Assembly: GCA_032718475.1 (NCBI GenBank)
Contig: JAUCBJ010003154.1
Coordinates: 1 to 35,479, forward strand
Direction: 5' to 3'
Source: Nemertoderma westbladi
Lineage: Eukaryota; Animalia; Xenacoelomorpha
Length of the DNA: 35,479 bases
Numbering within the stretch: the first letter of the stretch is position 1; each line of letters starts with the position of its first letter. Positions 23,524-31,382 of this stretch are shown one piece after another. The notes beneath the pieces are model-generated. The model was not told the DNA's origin, ran no database searches, and was given only the letters and a program-made list of their open reading frames with translations. The position numbers and the translations under genes were made by a program.

Positions 23524-24439
23524 AGCCATCCATCTCGATATGGTGAACGATCTATCTACTAACAGCTTCGTCTTAAGTTTACGACGACAGATCGCTCGCT
23601 TCGGGACGAGTAATACCATGAGATCGGATAAAGGAACGAACTTCATAGGTGCCAACAACGAGATACAGGCTTACGTGAAGGACTGGAACCAAAGACAGGT
23701 GGACGACCAGCTAAGGATAACAGCGTCTAGCTGGACCTTCAACGCTGCCGACGCCCCTTGGTGGGGAGGAAGTTGGGAGAGATTAATTCGAAGTGTCAAA
23801 ACCGCATTTCACTTTATAGTGCCATGCCGCGCGTATCTCACCGACGAACTTTTGCGGACGTTAATGGAGGAAATCGCTGCCTATCTCAACGAGAGACCGC
23901 TTATGCCAGTCTCATCGAGTCCCGATTCCCTGGAAGCGCTAACACCCGCGCACTTCCTACTGAAGAAACCTGTAGCCATGCTCCCACGATCGGAGATTGC
24001 CGACGGAGACGAATACTGCCGTCGAACTTGGCAACTTATGCAGTTGCTATCCCGTCGTTTCGCTGACCATTTCGAGAAACATTATCTGCCAACGCTACAA
24101 CTTCGAACTAAGTGGTTTGCGCAGCAAGAAAACGTCAGCGCCGGAGATATGGTGCTTATTGTAGATCCAGACCTCCCACGTAAACGGTGGCAGACAGGTC
24201 GTATCATCGAGACACACATTTCAGATGATGGTTTAGTACGCTCGGTAGAACTCATCGTCATGCGGCGTAACTTCAAGAAGCCAGGCATCATCTTTGAGAC
24301 GCAACAACTCAATCGCCCAGTTGGTCGTTTATGTTTACTGGAAAGAGACAGAGAACTCTCCGGGAACTATGGAAGGCAAGACACTCTTCCCACGACCACC
24401 TCCCTAATTCCTCAAACATCTAGGGACTCCCCCATGTAA
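23519..24439 (+). pseudogene. Frameshifted integrase core and C-terminal part of pol
   Basis: Reads CRAIHLDMV...RSDKGTNF...PWWGGSWERLIRSVK...LNERPL...LTPAHFL...DGLVRSVEL, the expected continuation; displaced by a 7-bp insertion at ~23512-23524. Confidence 0.92.
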
Positions 24440-24959
24440 TACGTCTGGAGTGGGTGTATGACTATATTGTTTTATCTATTTTATTATATTTTATATGCGA
24501 ACTTTATTATGTACTTTATTATAATCGTTTTTATTCAATTTTATTTAGTAGAATGTTATTTTAGTGATTATTTAGTAAATTAGTGCAATATATTAATGTT
24601 TATTACGTACGTAATTACTTATAATATATATTTAGTGCGACGGCGAGAAATAATTTTTTCTCTTTCCTTACTGTCCGTATCATATTATAAATACGTGACT
24701 ACAGTAAGATGAAATGTAAGTACTTATTAAAGTACAATAAAGCCACTACTATATTCAAGTATTATTGGTAGGCAGAGTATTAGGAATGCAAAGTTCAGAT
24801 CCTCGTGTCTCGGCTAAACCAAGCTCTGGGTAGACCTTGGAAACGACTTGCCTCTTCACACTGACATTGCTTCGTGCGATATTGCTCTTCTACCTTATAT
24901 TAAATAATACATATAGTAGCGTGATGTCCCTCTAACAGTAGCGTAAAACGCAAATAAAT

Positions 24960-25260
24960 CTGTTAAACCTTTTGACCATCTGTAATTCTAGTCGATTAAG
25001 ATATCGCGGCACCCACCGATATACTTGAAAGACAAATTCTAGAATCAATGGTTAACGTCCCCAGACAAGTTCTGGAATAAATCGGTGCCCATCTTAAATA
25101 TTAATTTAATATTTGTTAAAATCTGTAAAATTCAGATCCGTTAACAATTCTAGTCGATTAAGATATCGTAGCACTTCCCGATACTCTTAAAAGACAAATT
25201 TCATAGAATTAAGGATCCTATGTCCCCAGACCTGTTCTGGAATCAAATTGTGTCAATTTT
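24960..25260 (+). repeat. ~162-bp duplicated structured unit in the pol-ORF3 spacer
   Basis: aattctagtcgattaagatatcg at 24984 and 25146, each followed by gtccccagac...ttctggaat. Confidence 0.85.
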
Positions 25261-26063
25261 AACATCAAATAATAAAATTCACGGGAATAAATTTAAATTC
25301 ATATTTTAAATGAATTTCATAAATTGTCGTTTTGTGCAATTTATAACATTCCCAAAATTCCATTAATTAATAGATCATGGGAGCGGAGATTCATCCTATT
25401 GAGTGTATTAGAGTGCGAGAATCTCCAACATATAGTCAATAGCCGATACAATTAATAAAATCATGCATAAAGAGGATATTGACAATTAAAGAATTATTAT
25501 TAAATAGCATCCCAGATCTGTATGCATGAGAATTACCCTAATTCTACCGCTAGCATTCCATAATGTCACCATAGCAACACCCACGCTAGAATTAGAAGCA
25601 AGTTAAAAGAACAATAGAAAGCTTGTCCCATTGCCTAGCATAGAGAATACATAGCACACTGTTAGTATCCAAGGATACACAGTAATAAAGTGACATTCTG
25701 GAAGGCACTGACTAACGGACAAATGGCCTGTGTGTGTGCAGTTGTTGACAGTTGTGTGGAATTTGTGCGTTTATAGGTGAATGTTACTGCTAAAGTATGT
25801 TTACAGTAGCTAGTCGCAATTGTAAAAATAGCCCAACTCTCCTATAGAAAGAACCTAAGTGGATCCAAGCCTTTGGGACGGACAGTGGAGTGACTTGTGC
25901 CGGTTATCGTTGTCGTGCTGTTGCTACATGTTGGCGTAAACACCGCGACGACGGTACATCGGCGCTGAGAATCCCACTGTCCGGGGGCAAAGAGAAGTAG
26001 GCAGCGACGTCCGCTCGCCTAAACATAAACTCATTTCGATATTAATAAACTCAGATAGCAGGT

Positions 26064-27512
26064 ATGACGGAGTTGATAGAAGATGATCTTGGTATCAGGG
26101 AGCGATATACTCTACCTTTGCCAGCATTTGTGGATAGCTTGATACGCGGTGAAACCGATCCAACCATTACGGAGGACGATGGTCGTTATATCGAACCGCC
26201 GATGTCCCAAGAGCAACTTACGCGTGAATTGGACTAGCGAAAATTCACCTCTCGCTATACGCATCGTAATAGTACGTATATGGACTTCCTAATTACCGGC
26301 CATCCTATCGATTTACATGATACGGACGATGTAGACACCGAAAGGGAAATGGTTCTATTTAAATATCATACCCAGCGGCGTCGTAACGATAAACCGAGAA
26401 TAGATCACGAAAATTCTATTCGTAACAGACTGGGAAGACGAACCAATATGCCTAGAATCTGAGGAGATTCAGCCTATCGCGCCCGGAACAGCGACAATGA
26501 TTACATCCTAGAATAGTATCAAGGTCCATAATATCTCACTGCGTACGATTATCGCCATGCCAACTATGTTTCTCGGCAACGTTGTCGGTTATGCGCATCG
26601 AGAGACCATGTTACGCCCATGGACACAAACGTCCGCTGTTCCTATTTCCACGAACAACCGGCGATGGAAATTTATTGCGCGTATTGCAGATTTAATAATT
26701 TGCACATTTTTGCGGTTTGCCCTCAATTTATGACTCAATGTCACCATTGTCAACTAAAGGGACATGCCAGTTTCGATTGCCCTTTTAATCACGATTTGGA
26801 AAGCGTAGATGAAATGATCACACTACGTTACATCAGAGCTTGGGAAGCGAACGCTGATTTACATTGTGATTCGCGCCATCGCTATTATCCCGGACGCGCT
26901 TACGAAGGAGTTTATGCGTTCCATCCTTATCTATTCGCTTCGGTTGAACAGAAATCACGCATATCAAGTTACGAGCTACTGAAGCGCGTCGGAGAATGTA
27001 TTTCAACCAAATTCGTACGCAAATTTCTCAGGAGTGTTAATCCTAGCGACCTTCATTCCTATAACTTAATCAATCATATCCATCAGGATCCGGACTATGG
27101 AGAATTGTTTGTTAACTCACACCCTGAGTTACAGGAAGTATATCGACGGCCTTACGAATACCGAGCCCGCGAACGCGAGTTGGAAAGGACCATTAAACCC
27201 CGGAGGTTTCTAACTGCCTATGGTCCACCCACGGCCCTCATTCAGACCACTCGTAAAGGACCCGTAAGAGCGGCTGTCTTGAAACGAGCTCTCAAAGCCG
27301 TTAGACCCCTCTCCCCTGACGTTGATGTCAATCAACCCGGTACTTCGACTGGCGGATACACCGACCATAATCCTACACCCTCTGATGCAATCATATTGCA
27401 CCCTTCACCCAGGAGTTATAGCCCTCCTTGTAAAGTGGCTCGCCCCAAAGAGAAAAGGACTCTGGCTAGCTTTAAAAGACTGCGTAAACGCCGTCCGCGC
27501 AAGAAAGACTAA
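26064..27512 (+). CDS. Extra ORF3 of the retroelement: Cys/His-knuckle protein with basic tail; 5' third broken by 4 in-frame stops, 3' part open (26532-27512)
   Basis: ATG 26064, ORF 26280 and ORF 26619 share one frame. Stops at 26235, 26460, 26514, 26529. Motifs CRLCASRDH..C, CAYCRFNNLHIFAVC, CHHCQLKGHASFDC; ends KRLRKRRPRKKD. Confidence 0.7.
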
Positions 27513-27582
27513 CTGTTTAGAGTATTTACGTATATTAGAAACTGTGATTTTGTATATTTTATAGACTCAAATCCCATTTTCT

Positions 27583-27590
27583 GGGAGCGG
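27583..27590 (+). promoter_or_regulatory. Short putative polypurine tract
   Basis: GGGAGCGG abutting the 3' LTR TG. Confidence 0.5.
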
Positions 27591-28882
27591 TGTAAAAGCT
27601 TCTGTGGGATATAACTGGCCCCTTTGCTTCGCAATCCAGTTTCCCCCCAGGCGCTGGAATACTCTAAAAAGGTTCTCTAACTGTATATATATTCCCCTCG
27701 CCCGCAAGGTACCGTTATAGGTGTTTTAACGGACATAAAAGTCATTCTGCTATATACGTGTTTTGGCGGACATGGTAAGGCAAAAAACCTGCAATGCACC
27801 AAATACCTTTCACAGCTTAGCCGTGATGATTCATATTACGACATCTAACAGCTGGTTGCTGACATGGAAACAGCCATTGGACGCATGGTTCTTTGTTTGG
27901 CTTGAGCCAATCAGAGCGATTTTTCCTGTCGACGTGTAGCTTTTCGGCCGATCATAAGGAGAGTGTTCAGTCTTACTGTTTTTTCTTGATACTTTGTTGT
28001 TATTGCTATCTAGGCCAGGAACAACGGCTCTAGAGTCAATTCGTTTCATACTTTTAGAAGAAACATTAGTAGGCTTAAATTATAGAGCGTATGACTGTTA
28101 TCAATACAATGCAATTCAGTCAAATTCATAACACATCATATATCAATTTATATCAACTTGTTTCTATTCTTGTATTATCGGTTCAATATACATTATTATA
28201 CTGCTGTTTACTATTGTGTTTGGTTGAACATTATTTGGAGAACATATATAAAGAACCCAAATTTCCCAATTTTCTTGATACACTACAGGTTAGAGAGACG
28301 GGTTATATATAGCGATTGCGACTTATATTGTTGTGGTTTGTAGTGAATTTAATGCTATTTGATAAGCCCTACATGAGTCAATTGCTGTTCGCTTTATATA
28401 TGATAAAATTCATTGACGGTCGGCAAATTAGTGAGCAGTATTGTGTGTTACCGGTAGTGTGCATGATTGTGATTGATAACTAAGCATTTCCTAAAGAATG
28501 CGCCTCATACGTGAATCTTAAGCCTTACCGACTTACCGTTGTGATTAGTATAAGTCATATCTCTGTTTACTTAGATAGAGCGCCACGTCCTAAAGGAACT
28601 GTTAATATTTCCCGAAAGTGAATAATATTAGTCAGAAATTAATTATTAACGATCAATCGAATAATACAATACAGTAAGCTTCACTGCAATAATAATCTAA
28701 GCCCTCAGAATCCAGTCTCCCGGGAATATCCAGCGGGTGAATGGACGCGCACTAGGCTGGCTTCTGCTAATGTTGTGTTTATTGGTATTAAATATTAGTT
28801 ATCTTCTAAAGTATATTTATAAACCAAAAGACATATAAATTTTGGCAGGTTAAACTGCTAAAGGTCTTCAAAAGCGCGTACA
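27591..28882 (+). repeat. 3' LTR, 1292 bp
   Basis: Direct repeat of 12889-14180. Confidence 0.97.
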
Positions 28883-29295
28883 GCCTCCTTTGAAATTTAC
28901 AGCTAATGGTCTAGTACATACTTCCCAAGTTTCAGCTTAAACGGATTAAAAGCAAAGAAATGGGTGGCCATTTAATGTTTAGACATGTGGCCCTCTACCG
29001 GCAGACTGGAAAACTTCGGACCGATTACAATCCACACAAAGACTCAGGATGTCATCTAGTACATATATGACAAGTTTCAGCGTAATCAGATCATAAACAA
29101 CTAAATGGAAGAATAATTTCACATTCGGGACATTTCGCCCTCTAGCGGCAGACTGGAGAACTGCAGACAGATTAGCCTCCTTTGAAATTTACAGCTAATG
29201 GTCTAGTACATACTTCCCAAGTTTCAGCTTAAACGGATTAAAAGCAAAGAAATGGGTGGCCATTTAATGTTTAGACATGTGGCCCTCTAGCGGGA
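28883..29295. repeat. Tandem array (right part), in register with the left part
   Basis: Anchors at 28991, 29138, 29283. Subtracting the 15,999-bp insertion plus TSD continues the 292-bp period. Confidence 0.9.
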
Positions 29296-29519
29296 GACCA
29301 TTGCACTGATGGTGTCTGAAAGTCTCTCAAAAATCTCAACTTTTGCTCATATTGATACCTACAAATTTTCAACTTGGCAGCTTTAAATCCGACAAAGTTA
29401 TTAGCATAAGGCTCCGCCAACTTCGTGGCTCGCCCCACAAAATTGACTGATTGAAGAGCAATAATCTCCTATTACCGTAGTCGTAGCAGTAGTCTCGCGC
29501 AATTTAAACTATCCTACTT

Positions 29520-29658
29520 TTTTTTCGGGGTGCGCGGTTTAATTTTTTTGGGTGCGCGGTTGAGATTTTTGGGGTGCGCGATTATTGCATATGGGAATGC
29601 GCGGTTGACAATGAAGTGCGCGGGCGTTGTGCGCGCCCGGGAGACTTTTTCCAGCCTG
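29520..29658. mobile_element. Probable hAT-like transposon end with ~22-bp GGTGCGCGG subterminal repeats
   Basis: Five or six tgcgcg motifs ending in actttttccagcctg (CAGGCTGG on the - strand). Other end not found. Confidence 0.35.
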
Positions 29659-31382
29659 CCGCGGACAGGTGCTATATGACCCAATGTGTCTAACTACACA
29701 TACCTCTGTACTTACCCGTTGGTCGAAAAAATTAACCCATATATCAGTATAATAGGCCTAATTGTTAAAGGTTACCGGTACGCTGTACCAGTTACCACTG
29801 TACCAGCACTGTACGTGCAGTGTGCAGACTTAGACACGCAGACATGGCTGCATGGGTTTATTTCAGTATTTTGTCACATTCTGTTCCGGTTCTGACATTA
29901 GTCGGTTAGACAAGGGTTGAACTGTTGGATGCCGGGATGGGATGGGATGAGAGTAAGGAACGCCTCATACTGTCATACCAGCATACTGCTGTACTGTACT
30001 GCTGTATGTGACCTTCTTTCAGTATTTATTGGGCAAGACTGACTGCCTGACTGCAGAACTGTCAGTAAAATACCATAGGCCTACAGCCATACCGGTACGC
30101 AATCTGTCAGTCTGGCATTGCTGCAATGCAATGAAACCTCAATAAAGTGAATGGGTAAAGTTTTCAAGATATTCGTGTGTGGCTTCAAAGGTATTGGCAA
30201 AACTTCTCTTATTCACAAAGTTATTTACAACGAAAGCCGTCCGCAGGTTGGTTTATGTGCAGGTACACGGTACTGCAACTGTCAGACTGATGTCTGGATG
30301 TTCTGTTTTATTTAACGGTATATGTTACGGTACTGCGGTAGGCCTATATTTTAGCCTATCTGCCTGCTATCAGCCTATCTGCCTATCACCATACAGCCAT
30401 AGCAGGGCCTATCTGCCTATACAGCTATATCCCTATAGCACTGTAGCAGTGTGCAGTATAGGGATAGGCAGATAGCAGGATACAGGCAGGCAGGGACAGA
30501 GGGATACAGGATACTGGGATAACTGCTGTAGGCAGGTAGGGATAGACCTATCCGTTTGCTGGTTTGGGTTGGGCGTTTGGGTCTATTGCATTGGCCCTTT
30601 TGGGGTAATTATAAACTATTTTAGGGTCATTTGTGGCATTCCGGAAACCACAGTGATCTGGTCCTGGTGCTGTGGTGATTAGTTTGAAGGTCACCTCTGC
30701 CAAATGAAATATATATAAATTATTTGTCTAGTCGTATTGTCCAACATTAGAAGATATTTACGCCGTCACTATTGACACTGATCGTGGAATAAAGGAGAAG
30801 TTTCTTATCGTTGATTCTGCTGGATTACTGCAGGACACCGTTGGTGAATTGCCCAGACATGTAAGTATAAAGATGAAGAAACCTCTATTTATTTATTTAT
30901 TCCAGACATCAGTAAAATTAAATACATAATACAGACGTCCATATAGCACAGTAAAACAATAAATTGTATTATTATAATTAAATCAACGTATGTAATGTAG
31001 GGTAGGGTATAGGGTAGGCTTACTATTTTATTTTATTTATTTATTTATTTACACGAGGGATCAAGTAGTTAAAAACAGAACATAACACAATACAATACAC
31101 AATACACGAATAAAACAATCGGTCAAACAAACACAACATCATAGTAGTTAAGTAACTTGTACATAAGGTAAACAGCAAAACGAATAAAAATAAAACACGG
31201 ACATGTAAAAAGTAATGTACTGTAGTTGTCGGTAGCTAAAACAAGTGGTCGTGGGAGAGAACCACCCAGGCTCAGGGCACTTATGGGTGTGAATAATTGT
31301 ATACATAGTGATTAATATAAAAAATGGTGATGATCGAAAATGAAATTAAAAATAAAAAAAAGTAAAGAAAAAAAAACTGGAA

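Larger units (their letters stand above)
12889..28882 (+). mobile_element. Full-length BEL/Pao LTR retrotransposon, 15,994 bp
   Basis: TGTA...TACA LTRs; 5-bp TSD GCCTC (12884-12888, 28883-28887); the empty site ttagcctcctttgaaat is seen in neighbouring array units; single gag-PR-RT-RH-IN frame with BEL/Pao motifs. Confidence 0.97.
12000..29444 (-). mobile_element. Probable Helentron-associated (HINE-like) non-autonomous element with internal tandem array, split by the BEL/Pao insertion
   Basis: Short asymmetric inverted repeat GTGGGGC (12006-12012) / GCCCCAC (29432-29438), small hairpins at both ends (cgaag..cttcg 12002-12017; gcca..tggc ~29416-29429), T-run at the - strand 5' end, internal ~146-bp array. 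Family assignment is inferred from architecture only. Confidence 0.4.

Noticed and set aside
23505-23540. Programmed ribosomal frameshift in pol
   Set aside because: No slippery heptamer, the position is mid-integrase, and a 7-bp duplication explains it fully.
16425-24312. Antisense and alternate-frame ORFs within gag-pol (and similarly within the LINE ORFs)
   Set aside because: Short shadows of long coding sequence with no independent evidence.
26235-26531. Stop-codon reassignment explaining the ORF3 stops
   Set aside because: All three stop types occur, and the long ORFs elsewhere (2369 and 960 aa) are open under the standard code.
26064-27512. ORF3 as an envelope gene
   Set aside because: No signal peptide or hydrophobic transmembrane segment visible; Cys/His knuckles and a basic tail instead.
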